A DNA stretch of 64,000 nt. Origin: Carcharhinus longimanus. Taxonomy: Eukaryota. Numbering within the stretch: position 1 is the stretch's first letter; every line of letters begins with the position of its first letter. The translations under genes and the position numbers were made by a program. Below are positions 50,178 to 62,400 of this stretch, one piece after another. The stretch spans positions 76,303,551 to 76,367,550 of the forward strand of contig JASCQW010000098.1 of NCBI GenBank assembly GCA_030264375.1. The letters run 5' to 3'. The notes below the pieces were generated by a model. The model saw only the letters and a list, made by a program, of their open reading frames with translations, did no database searches and was not told the origin of the DNA.

Positions 50178-51448
50178 ATAAATGAAGCCAGAGGTTTTTG
50201 GTGCAAATCTCGTCATTTTAAACATCTCAATTTTATCACTCTTCTAAAGCTGGAAGTATTTGAGGAACTCAGTTCAATTTTATCAAACCTCTCATAATCT
50301 AACAGTTGAAGCTCCAGTCTAATCCTACAGATGCTGTCAGACCTACTGAGTAATTGCAATGTTTTTTGTCATTATTTTGGCTTAGAGTTGTTTAGCTGGA
50401 GTCTGAACTGCAGACATTGAAGGGCATCAGAGAAGGGATGATTTACCTGGACACTTTGTTCCAGGAGCCACTCACACCCCCATAGACTGTGTAGAGCTTT
50501 TAGTTGGTCAGTTGTCAAGGAGATGTGATTGTAAGTAAGTCCAGCAAGTTTGGGAATCCAGAATGAAGTGATGTAGAAGTCTCATACCTCAACTTCAGCC
50601 AATCGATATTATGTTCTTGTTACCTGTTTGGATGAGAACAAGGATTAGAGTGTGGATGAGCAAACTGATCATANNNNNNNNNNNNNNNNNNNNNNNNNNN
50701 NAATGAAAAGGAATGTGCTAGTGAAAATGGACACTAATCAGAAGGGGATAGATTATGTTCTCTTCAGCTGCAGCCACCCATTCCAAAAGTTGTGTTCCTT
50801 ACCAGAGGCCTGGGTTTAAGACCTCTCCTCATGGCTGCAGCTGAACTTGGAATGGGATGGAAAGTTTCCATAAGGAAACTGCAGCTTGTGGATGGTACAC
50901 ACTGCTGTCACTGTGCGTTTTGGTGGTGGAGGTTCAGTACAAACATTGAAGGTGTTGGATGGAGTGCCAATCAAATGGGCTGATTTGTGCTTGGTAGATG
51001 TACAGGCTTTGGGAATTAAGAGGGGAGTTACGAATCACAGAATTCCTAGCCTGCGTATACACATAGGGCTGGTCCAAATTCCATTTCTGCTCAATGGTAG
51101 CACCCCCTACCCCACCACCACCAAATAGAGATAAACATAATGACAATTAGCTTTAAACTGGAAACATAGAGCAAGACCGTACAGGTGACAAGATTTCATG
51201 TCCTAACACTCAGAGTTGCCAAAGACTGCACCCCACCAAAATGGCTGTCCTGTAGCTATATAATGCTCCAAGGAATGTGAATTAACTGAAGCTGGGCCTT
51301 ACACCTCTCCCCACCACCATCCACCCCCCCAACCCCAAATCAAGTGGGAATTCCACTTCAATCAAACTGACTAGCAACCCTGCAGTTGCCAGGACTAGCA
51401 GTGCAAGCACTCCCCAGATTCTAAACTTCACAGTTCAGGACTAGATAA

Positions 51449-51497
51449 GTGGAGGGATCTCATGGTTAAGTGGAGGGATCTCATGGTGAAGTGGAGA
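51449..51497. repeat. 21-bp tandem repeat, about 2.3 copies
   Basis: (agtggagggatctcatggt[t/g]a)n. Confidence 0.8.
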
Positions 51498-51719
51498 GTT
51501 GAGGCCATAGTGGGTGAGGGTCTTAATAGAGAGAACAGTGCAGAGTGGGAAGAGCAGGAGACAGATCTTTGGTTGAAGGTGGGGAAGTGAATGCCCAATG
51601 TGGAAGGAGAGCTCTTAAAAGCAGTGTCCAAAGCCCAAGCAAGTTGACTTGCCAGGCTGCCCTCTGACCCTGACGGCCTCCCACCAGCCTAAAATTTATG
51701 GGCTGCTTAGCATAGAGGA

Positions 51720-52812
51720 TGTAGAATTTGTATGGGTCGAGTTAAGAAACAACAAGGGGCAAAAAATATTGCCGTGGGTGGTATACTGGCCACCAAACTA
51801 GAGGTAATGTTGGGAAGAGCTTTAGACAGGAAATCAGAGATGCATATGTTGAAGGAACATCTGTGATTATGGGCAGCTTTAATCTGCATACAGATTGGGA
51901 GAGTCAAATTAGTCACAGTACAATAGAGGAGGAATTTCTGGAGTGCATACGGGATGGTTTTCTGGAGCAATACATTGAGGAACCAACAAGGGACCAGGCC
52001 ATCATGGACTGGGTGTTGTGCAATGAGAGGGGCTCAGTTGGCAATCTAGTTGTGAGAGAATCCTTAGGCACAAAAGGCCAAAATTGTAGAATTCTTTGTC
52101 AAGGTGGAGAGTGATGTAGTTGATTCTGAAACCAGGATCCTGAATCTCAATAAAGGTAACTGTGATGGTATGAAGCGTAATGGACTGAGGAACTTTACTG
52201 AAAAGAAAGATAATGGACAGGCAATAGCAGACACTTAAAGAATGAATAGGGTGAACTCCAGAAGTTGTTTATTTCTGTTTGGTGCAAGAGTGGTGAGGGA
52301 ATTGTTGCCCAACCATGGTTCACAAGGGAAATTAGAGATAGTGTTAATTTCAAGGAAGTAGAATTTGCAAGAAAAAGCAATAGGTGTGAGGATTGGGAGC
52401 AGTTTAAAATTCAGCAAAAGGACCAACGGATTGATTAAGAAGGGAAAAAACAGAATATGAAAGTAAGCTAATGGGGAACATAGAAACTGACTGTAGAAGT
52501 TTCTATAGGTATGCAAAGAGAAAAAATTGACAACAAATGTAACCCCCTTATAGTCAGAAATGAGAATTCATAACAGGGAATAAAGAAATGACTGAGGAAT
52601 TAAATTTAAACTTTGCTTCAGTCTTCACAAAGGAAGACATTAAAAATGGACCAGAAATGCTGAGAGAAACATGCTTTAATGAGGAGCTGAAGGAAATCAG
52701 CATTAATAGAGAAATGATTTTGGGAAAATTGATGGGATTGAAGGTGACCAAGTCTCCAGGCCCTGATAATCTTCATCCCAGAGTACTTAAGGAAGTGGCC
52801 CTGGAAATAGTT
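51720..52812 (+). mobile_element. CR1 LINE ORF2 fragment (endonuclease C-terminus to pre-RT)
   Basis: IMGSFNLHTDW...EEFLECIRDGFLEQYIEEPTRDQAIMDWVL; FASVFTKED...KSPGPDNLHPRVLKEVALEI. Frameshifted. Confidence 0.9.
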
Positions 52813-53299
52813 GGGGGCGGGGGCTCATCACCACTTCCACACAAGACAGCTCGTCTTTTATCATCACATCTCAGCCCAAGACTTGCAATGTTTTGACTTA
52901 CAACGTGGTATTTAGGAACTACAGTCAAGGGTGGGGCTTTAAGGGCCTGATGTGCATCATTAAAACTCAGTCAATGTTCAGACCTGGCCGTCCACCCACC
53001 TTCATTTTGCCTTGTGTCCAGCTAGATCAATCAGATGTTCAATGGCAGACATTTAAAGGGATATTTTACAATTCAGAGAAGACATATTTCAATGAAAAGG
53101 GAAAAATCCCAGAAATCAGACAGGCAGCGGGGGGGGTGGCAGTATTTCTTTTAAAACGGGTCTGCCGGGTGATGCAGCTTTCCTCTTTGGCCATCTGGCC
53201 TCAATGATAATCTGACCCGTAGTTCGAACCTTCACAGTAAAAGACAAACCACAAAGAGGATAGACAAAGCCCTAATAAGGCTAAGGAACTTTAATTATT

Positions 53300-53565
53300 T
53301 AATGTTAGCAGATATAAGGGGTAAATAATTTAGAATTGAGACAGTGAGAAATTTCTTTACTCAGAGGATGATGAATCTCGGGAATCCTCTACCTCAGGAG
53401 GACTATAGATGCTCTTTTTTTTCAGCAAGTTCAACACTGAGATGAATAGATTTTTGGCCTGTCGTGACTCAAATTATATGGAGATTAGGCAGGAAATTAG
53501 AATTGAGGCAGATCAGCCATCATCATATTGAATTGCAGAGCAGGCTTCAGGGGCCTGCTCCTATT
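53300..53565 (+). mobile_element. CR1 3' end fragment
   Basis: ttctttactcagagg...gatcagccat...gcaggcttcaggggcctgctcctat. Confidence 0.7.
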
Positions 53566-53996
53566 GGAAACAAACATGACCAACTTTCATTTATGCAACA
53601 GTTTCTTGGTGAATGATTGTATGTGTCTTTTCTTCACCTTTAGTGTGTAATGTGATGAAGACGCAGTCATATACCTTGGGTGTTGGTCAAGGAGCCATGA
53701 CCAGATCCAGATCCTGAAGCAAATTAATCTGACCCATGAGGCCTGAGTTAGGCCTCAATAATGAGATACAATTGGTAGCAAGTACACATCAGGAGAGAAA
53801 TCAGCTTCAATAACTTCTAAATTGTGTTCAATTTAAAATTATACTTTTGTGATTTTTTTTTGAACATTGCTTTGCATACATAAAACAAAGAATGGTATCT
53901 GCATCAGTCTCTGTGGTGTAATTAGTCAACGTTTTTGGCTGTTAGCGGAAAGGTTGATAGTTCCAGACCAGGGATGGAACTTTCGCTATTTTTTTA

Positions 53997-54258
53997 GGTG
54001 GCACAGTGGTTCGCACTGCTGCCTCACAGCACCAGGGATCCAAATTCGATTCCCGGCTTGAGTCACTGTCTGTATGGAGCCTGCACATTCTCCGTGACTG
54101 TGTGGGTTTTCTGCAGGTGCCTCTCAGTCTGAAAGACATTTCTGGTTAGGTGCATTGGCCATGCTAAATTCTCCCTCAGCGTACCTGAACTGGCGCCAGA
54201 GTTTCATAGTAACTTCACTGCAGTGTTAATGTAAGTCCACTTGTGACAAAAAATAAAC
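53997..54258 (+). mobile_element. V-SINE, type 2 tail
   Basis: Same family as 3495-3786, with internal deletions. Confidence 0.82.
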
Positions 54259-54516
54259 TTGCTTTGCATTCTTCCCACATGTAAGAACAACCCAGAATGG
54301 CATCCATGGCCAAAGACAAAACAATGTGTGTCATTCAGAGCAAGAACTAAACAGAAGTGCTTAGATAAAAGTACATCTGACCAAAATGGCTGAATAATGA
54401 TAGGAATCAATTAAAGCAATACTGATCTCCAGCAATATTTTGGTTTGCATCAATGGCAAAAGGAAATTGTGCGTAGTATACAAAGACTAAAGCATTTTTT
54501 AAAAATGATGGCAAAT

Positions 54517-54852
54517 TCATAGAACGCCTATAGTATTGAAAGAGGCTATCCAGCCCATCGATTCTGCACCAACTCTCTAAAACAGCATCCACTCAAACCC
54601 CCTCTCCATCCCTGCATATTTACCATGGCTAATTCACCTGTCCTACACATCCTTTGGACACTAAGGGGAAATTTAGCATGGTCAAGCCACCTAACCTGCA
54701 CATCTTTGGACTGTGGGAGGAAATTGGAGCACATGGAGGAAACCCACATAGACATGATGAGAACATGCAAACTTCACACTGACAGTCACCCAAGGCTGGA
54801 ATCGAACCCAGTCCCTGGCGCTATGAGATTGAAGCACTAACTACTGTGCCAC
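54517..54852 (-). mobile_element. HE1-type V-SINE
   Basis: Full-length copy on -. Confidence 0.85.
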
Positions 54853-54939
54853 CCCTAAGCATTGATTCATAAGTTTTGAAGTTCTTGTCCACTAGGACAT
54901 CTTTACCAATTTTATGGGTACTGTATCTAGAGAATCCAC

Positions 54940-55004
54940 ACATTACTTACTAAACAGTGTAAAAGAAAGTAAAATGCCATTAAAAAAGCTCTTTATTATT
55001 TACA
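54940..55004 (-). terminator. Minus-strand cleavage/polyadenylation signal of a convergent gene
   Basis: TTTATT at 54992-54997 (AATAAA on -), followed on - by a U-rich/GU-rich tract (ttttttaatggcattttactttcttttacactgtttagtaagtaatgtgtgg). It sits at the edge of about 1 kb of AT-rich repeat-free sequence. Confidence 0.5.
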
Positions 55005-56653
55005 ATATGTAAGTCAGCAACAGCAGATAAAGGTACCAAAAACAATCCATTTGTTACAGATAAGAAATAATAGGATATATATTTCATAAATGATCAAAAT
55101 CATCTTTCCAAATAAAATCATGCAAAAAAATTAATGCATTTTTAGCCCCATGAACAAAAGCAAACAGTTCCAGCCAATAACTTACCATAAGGAGAAACAA
55201 AACCACAAACGTATACTTCAGATTAACTTATTTTTACATAAATACAGATTCTTAACCACATGACTATATACAGTCAACCATCCCGTTTCCTTTTGTACTG
55301 ACAACACTCGGCTATTTACATGACATCACCAAACATTCAATGTAATTTGAAAACACAATAGTAGTTCACGTTTATTTTACCTCGGCATGTGATGAGCTTT
55401 AAAAAAAAGTAACGTACCCTTTTTGTCTCTTAACAAACATCAAGTTTATTGGTAGACGAATAATGGCAAATGAATCAATGTTGAAACTTTACTGCCATAC
55501 TGTCAATTGAGTCATTGACATTTGTTATACTGCAACAGTCTGTAAACGTAACACACCCTTCGTCTTCATTGAGATAGTGGTGTGTTTATTTTGCTGTGTG
55601 AATTATGTTTCTTGTTCCAAATTATTATACACCAATGTTTCTTCAACGCCAATCATTAATACTCCAACAAACATTTATGCATAGTGATTTCAGGTAAACA
55701 GCCAGATACAGCCATACTTGGTGCTGGAAATATTCACAAGTCATTTAAAAAGAAATTACATCTTTAAAATACATCGGTCAAACTTTATGGTCAGTGTACC
55801 ATAAAGTACGCTGCAAGAGCCAAGATAGATTACTGGCAAGGTATTATCTGATGTGTCATCTATGCAATTGCCCTGTAACTCTTACGTGTACAGCACAGGA
55901 GAGCACGGCCTGAGATAGCAAAGGCTTTTGTAAATCAGACACGATTTTGGTTCTGCCCCACTCTAGTTCCAAATCAGCCAAGTATGCTGTAGCTAACTCA
56001 AATACAGGCCATTCAGCCCCTCAAGACTGCTCCACCACACAATGATAACTCCACTTTCCTGCCTACCTTCCATAACCCTGGACTCCCTTGATGATCAGAA
56101 ATCTTGTCTAATTCAGCTTAGAATATCTTCAATAACCTAGCCTCTACTGTTCACTGGAGAGGATTCTGAAGACCAACCATCCTCAGAAGAAAATCTTGTA
56201 CGTTTCAATAAGATCACCAAGTTCAAGTAGTTCTAGACTCCAACGGGTTTGGCCCAACCTTTCCTCACAAGGCAAAACTCCTTCATCCCAGAAAACTACA
56301 GGTATCCATGAGGTCAGGTCATTTTAATGGGTCCAATGCAGCACCAATGGAGATAGACAATTTAGAAAGGCCTTACTCCTGGAACAGGGCAGGAGAGCAA
56401 GGCCCACTGTCAGTGAACACCACTACCTTTGTACCTTTGCCAAGTGGATGTCCAGGTAAAAGAGGGCAGTTAGGTCATGATCTCACTTCCACCTTATTCA
56501 CACAGGATTACCAACGTACTGCCACCCTTCTCAATAATCCACAGCATCCAAGCAATAAGGAGGAGCTGGAAACCCCTATACCCCTCTGCATTTGCGAAAT
56601 AAACCAAGAATGAAAGAGGTAAATAGGTTCCCTGCAGTCTCCTCAGTGCTGGG

Positions 56654-56857
56654 CATGATGTGGAGATGCCAGCATTGGACTGGGGTGTGCACAGTAAGAA
56701 GCATCACAACACCAGGTTAAAGGCCAACAGGTTTATTTAAGATTATGAGCTTTCGGAGCACTGCTTACTCACCTGAAGAAGGAGCAACACGCTGAAAGTT
56801 CGTGATTCCAAACAAACGAGTTGGACATTAACCTGCTATTGTGAGATTTCTTACTGT
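56654..56857. mobile_element. Palindromic Penelope-derived element
   Basis: About 75-bp imperfect inverted arms at 56691-56765 and 56783-56857. Confidence 0.75.
56769..56805 (+). ncRNA. Minimal type I hammerhead ribozyme motif (partly decayed)
   Basis: TCAC-CTGAAGA-aggagcaacacgct-GAAA-gt-TC-GTGA: stem I TCAC/GTGA with CUGANGA and GAAA boxes. Confidence 0.55.
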
Positions 56858-59285
56858 TTCCTTGATGGGCACAGGTCCTGTTTTCATAATCAAGTAATTA
56901 TTGCTTTAATTCCAACATTTGGGGGGAAGGGGGAGCAGGAAGAGAGAGATCCGGTGTGCCAAGATTGCGTCTTGGGAAATCTCAGATCCACAAACTCTAA
57001 CTTCTCGCCATTCATTTTTAAATAAATGGAAAATGCCCATGATTTTCCAAGAAGCACCTCCTATGAGAACCAGGCAAAATTACCTTATAGGTATCAAAAA
57101 GCCACCATGATTTATCTCGAGAAAGAAATCTCATTCTCTCTCACTGAAAAGCAACAGCCACTTCCTTACAGACTCCAGTTACGTTCATACAAGAAATTCT
57201 GGGATCAGGTCTCCTTAGGTTATACCTAGTGATGCATCTCCTGAGTCATCATAGCTTCCCAGTAAATCACCATAGAAGACTGACCATGTTACATTTTGTG
57301 CTATGCGGAGACTTATTAAAGCTGGAGGCATAGCACAGCAGTAGCCAACTGCACATCTTCTAAAAACTATTCTACTCTGAATGTAGAGTTAAGCATCAAG
57401 CAAAGCGCCTTCACCTACTCTACTCAAATTACATTTGGGGTGGATTGTTAAACAACATTTCTGTCACACATTTGGTTTTCCTGGCCCCCGCCCCCCCCCG
57501 CCCAGGAACCGACAACAANNNNNNNNNNNNNNNNNNNNNNNNNNNNNNNNNNNNNNNNNNNNNNNNNNNNNNNNNNNNNNNNNNNNNNNNNNNNNNNNNN
57601 NNNNNNNNNNNNNNNNNNNNNNNNNNNNNNNNNNNNNNNNNNNNNNNNNNNNNNNNNNNNNNNNNNNNNNNNNNNNNNNNNNNNNNNNNNNNNNNNNNNN
57701 NNNNNNNNNNNNNNNNNNNNNNNNNNNNNNNNNNNNNNNNNNNNNNNNNNNNNNNNNNNNNNNNNNNNNNNNNNNNNNNNNNNNNNNNNNNNNNNNNNNN
57801 NNNNNNNNNNNNNCATTTGGTTTTCCTCCCCCCCGCCCCCCCGGCCGATGAACCTTCAACAATATGTTCTCCCCGTTTAAATCTCTTTCCATGGCGATTC
57901 CTGGAATCCCGACAGGAATACAGGAAAAGATATTGCGGTATTTACCAGTGTGGCAAATCTTTTGCACATTCATAAAACAAGAGGAGCAAATAATATAAAA
58001 GTAACGGTTCAGTGACATTCAGGGTATTTGGCTGTGGTTCTAGTTCTTCTGAATCAAGGGCCACTTCTCTTGTATTGACATCTGTCGTAGCTGGCATTTT
58101 GGAATAACGATGTTTTATTAGGAGATTAAAGATGGCAATTCTAAAACTCAATACCCAAGTTTGTTTCTCAGAAATGATGCAACTGCAAAAAAATTCAAGC
58201 ATTTCTATACTCTTAATAGAACAAAAAGATCAATAAGTTGAACAAAGGGAGTGACAGCCCCTGGTGAGAAGGGGAAGGGATGGCCGGGGGGGGGGGGGGG
58301 GGGGGGGGGGTGGTGGAGCCGTGACACAATCTCAANNNNNNNNNNNNNNNNNNNNNNNNNNNNNNNNNNNNNNNNNNNNNNNNNNNNNNNNNNNNNNNNN
58401 NNNNNNNNNNNNNNNNNNNNNNNNNNNNNNNNNNNTCCCGCTGAGTGAGCCAGGGATGACGTTGCATCCCAGCTCCTGCAGCGCCCACTGAACACAGAAG
58501 ACCTACAATGTACCAGTGGACACTACATGCTCCCTTCCCAGGAACACCCGGCCATGAGTACAGCCACAGTCAAGGGACCAATGGCCAGATTAATTAACAC
58601 ACCCACTCTCCCCTCAATTGCCTGCTGCCTGGACCTATTGATGGCCACCTGGGCCACGCCCAGGGGCAGGCTTACAAGGAGGTCCTTCCTCACTCACACT
58701 GCGCGTGTACACACACGAGACATGCACACACACCTGGGTGACCAAAGAACAGGAGCGTGGAGCTGAAGCCCCTTCAAATAGTGAAGAGGAGGCTGCAAGC
58801 TTGACTAATCTACATACACGTGGAACAGGGAAAACACATGTGGCTTGGGAGCCTGTGAATCTCTTTAACCTTTGATTGCACAGCACTGCTGCATGTTTCA
58901 TTTCTACATATGCTTTTTCATTTTAGAATGAGGAACTCTAACCAGAGTCTGAAAGAATACAATACCAGCATTTTCCAAGTAAACGGTTCAGGGTAACTTC
59001 ACTGATTCTATTGTCCCAGTAGGGGTCACACTTTAAATCTAATGGGATGCCATTTCAGAGGATCTATGTTCAGGGTGTAGCCATATTTCCAACCCACACT
59101 CCCTTGGAGGGCAGGACCCATTTAAAATACAGGATGGCTGTGAATTGATCTTGAAATGCGACCCTGTATTTCATTCTGAACCTTCTATGACTGCTTCCTT
59201 AACAGTCCAATTCTGTAAACTGCCATATCCCACAGGGATCAATGTCTCTATACTACTTCCCAATACAAAAACAAGCTCAATATTA

Positions 59286-59497
59286 AAATAAAAGTGAATT
59301 ATTGCAGATGCTGAAATCCAAAACCAAAAGAAAAAATGCTGGAAAATCTCAGCAGATCTAGTAGTATTTGTAAGGAGAGAAAAGAGCTGACGTTTCCATC
59401 CAGATGACCTTTGTCAAAGCTCTGGGTCATCTGGACTCAAAACGTCAGCTTTTCTCTCCTTACAGATATCGCCAGACCAGCTGAGATTTTCAAGCAT
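59286..59497. mobile_element. Palindromic Penelope-derived element
   Basis: Inverted arms atgctggaaaatctcagc...gtaaggagagaaaagagctgacg / cgtcagcttttctctccttac...gctgagattttcaagcat. Confidence 0.78.
59383..59423 (-). ncRNA. Minimal hammerhead ribozyme motif with U3-A8 variant core
   Basis: On -: AGAGCT-TTGACAA-aggtcatctggatg-GAAA-CG-TC-AGCTCT. Perfect 6-bp stem I, ACGT palindromic stem III and GUC triplet. Confidence 0.6.
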
Positions 59498-62400
59498 GAT
59501 ATTAACATTTCCACAAATTATAAATGCAGATTGACTCTTATACAAGTACCACTAGCAGTCAGTATTTCCATTGCATATATTACGTAGAATTAAACTACCT
59601 TCCTGCAAATATTTCTTAGGCCAGGATAGAAAGATTAGTGCCAATGTTGTGCATCTGCACAACTGACTAGGGGAATCGTGCCTGCTGAAATACAGATTGG
59701 AAGATCCCACGGCTGTCTCCCTCGATTTTCCAATGTGCTGATCCCAGTCAGCAAGACCCCAGCAATCAATCATGCAGTTGGCCATCCTGACCCATCATCT
59801 TCCCGCATGCAATCCCACATTTTATACTGTCAGGACAGACACACCATCTTTTCCAATAATGCGCATTTATCTGATTATCAAGAGCCACTCAAAAGCCATG
59901 GTGATCCTTTATATTTATTTTTCTTTCAGGAGTTAATCATACATCCAAATTATTTTCATTATGGTGGTTATTTGAAAATTGACAAGAAATTCATCTTAAA
60001 ACTAGAAGCTGAAGTGGGGAACATTTTATCAGTGTATTTTTCCCTTAATTACTTACTACTTTAAAACTCTCTAATGTCACTCAGCATTGAGTAACTGGGC
60101 AAAGATGTCCTTGTCAAAGTGCTCAGAGAAAATGGCAGCCAAAAGCAGAGTCTGATGGCTGCACGTCACCAAACATTAACGTGCATCAGTCACATGTGAC
60201 CTTAGGTTGTAATTTTTAAAAAACATTTTAAAATTTATCCCATGACTTGAAGATATGAATGGTAAACATCATACTTCCCAATTACACTACACAGTAATAT
60301 AAAATACACCAGTGGATCATCACTAAAAGAATCATTGAGTTATTACCAGAAATGAAGCTAAGGATAAACAAGTAATCTTTCAGAAACCTGTGCCAGTTTT
60401 TTGCTACAGCAATCTATTGCCACTGACCTGCACTCCCTAGAGAGCAGAGTCTTTTTCCACGTTGTCCGTTAGAAGATGCAACGTCTGCATCATCCCCTGA
60501 CCAGCCAAGCACTGAAGATCCAATAACCTTCTGAATAAAGGCATTTCTCTTCATTCTGACCATCGGTGATTAAGTTGACATTGTTATTAACTCGTTTTTG
60601 ACTCAACCAGGGAAAATGGTTACGATCGCTATCAAAACCCTCAAGTGTTTTTAAAACTCTGTAGTAAGTTTTGTCTTAGTTTTCTCTATCCTAATGGAAA
60701 GAGTCCTGGTATTTCAATTCTTGCAATTATGATTTCCCATCTCTTGGGTAATCCTAGTGAATCNNNNNNNNNNNNNNNNNNNNNNNNNNNNNNNNNNNNN
60801 NNNNNNNNNNNNNNNNNNNNNNNNNNNNNNNNNNNNNNNNNNNNNNNNNNNNNNNNNNNNNNNAATCCTAGTGAATCTACGCTATATTGTTTTTATAGTT
60901 TCAATGTGTTTGCTATAATATGTACAAACCCATACCTTTGCTGCAACTATGACCTTGTTTAAATTCAGAGGTAGCGGGAGAGGGGTTGCATGGTCCATTT
61001 GCCAGTGGGCCAATTGAGGGTCTGAAGCAGTCAATTAACTGCCCTCCCTCCTGCTGCCACTGGGCTATTACTTGTTTGTGGGGGCGGGGGGTGAACTACC
61101 AAGTGTCCAGGCTGCCTCCTTTTTAGACTTGTGTGCCAATCAAAAGTCCACCCTCACCTTTATAAACCTGATCCTCCATCCCCTCACTGGGGTCTGCCTG
61201 CCTGGCCTCAGCAAGATCCCAGGTTTATGTCTCAGTTCCATCACTGTCCCCCCCCTTCTGGGCTGCCTGTAATGCCAGCAGTGGCCCAGCAGGGTGTTGC
61301 GACAACAAGACAGCCACCAGCTTCCTGCTCCCATGATAGGGCTTTGATTCAGATTAACAGCCAAAGAGGATGCAGCCTCACCCACCCAAGATAAAATTCA
61401 GCCCACGTTAAATATATCCCTATTTACAAAAACCAAAAGTGCCGTTGAAATTTTTTTTTGTAACATCTATTTCAGCCCTACAAAAGCCCCACCCAAACTA
61501 TTTCATTCCTCTAACTACAGTTCTGTGCATCGTTCCCCCTTTCTGTCATTGGATCCCATCCTCCCAACCACCAAGCTCTGGAATTACCTCCTTAAATCCT
61601 TCAGTCCCTCTATCACCTTCCCCACCTTAACAATCACCTCTGAACAAGGCTTCGATCATCCTGGTAATGTTTGTTGTGAAATGTTGGGGGATGGTTTTCT
61701 GCATTTCAAATGCTTTGTGAATATAATTTTCCTCATCAAGACTTTAAAGCCATTGCCAAATGGACAAAAGCTCTCTTTGCTCCTTCGTCATTTTGCAATA
61801 AAGAAAAACTGTCAAAGGTCCAGTAGCTTTATTCTACAGGATTGAGCTCCATATCTTAACATTTTACTTTTGGCGAGGTAATTGGATTGGAAAAAAAAAC
61901 ACACGTATTGCCGTAAATTCTTCACTTTTATCACATTCACAATCACCCCCTTGTAAGATACTCCCATCTCCAGATGTGGAGGAGCTAAAGCTTAGTGGTC
62001 ATTGTACTTGCAGCCAGCAAACCCATATGTTCAAATCCCACAAGCAGATAGCTGATTTCAATATACTCTTGCCATCTGCCGTCTGGCAACAGATATGATA
62101 AGCATGAAAATGGCTCTAACCTAACTGATTCACTAATATCTTCCAGTAGAGGGAGCATGCTATCCCCAAGTGTGACTCCAGTCCCAGACCATGGGGTGGG
62201 GCTTTAATGCCCATAGTAACAACTGCCAGTGCTGCCATTTTGCAACAATATGATGCATCACCAATAGTTGCAGACATGATACAAGGTGTAGTCTAAGTGC
62301 ATTATATTGCTTCAGGGGATTTGTTACAAATAATATGTATTTTATTAGAATCACAATGTTCATCCCAACACAAAATTGCTCTTTCTGCAATTCCCAGAGG

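Noticed and set aside
57468-57860. Direct repeat catttggttttcct...cccc either side of an N gap
   Set aside because: Probably a contig-overlap or low-quality assembly artefact at poly-C.
57942-58202. 86-aa minus ORF as a possible SLC7A1 last exon
   Set aside because: No resemblance to the CAT-1 C-terminal IYFGYG..HS motif.
60750-60877. aatcctagtgaatc duplicated around a 100-N gap
   Set aside because: Probably a contig-end overlap, although a TSD of an unassembled insertion cannot be excluded.
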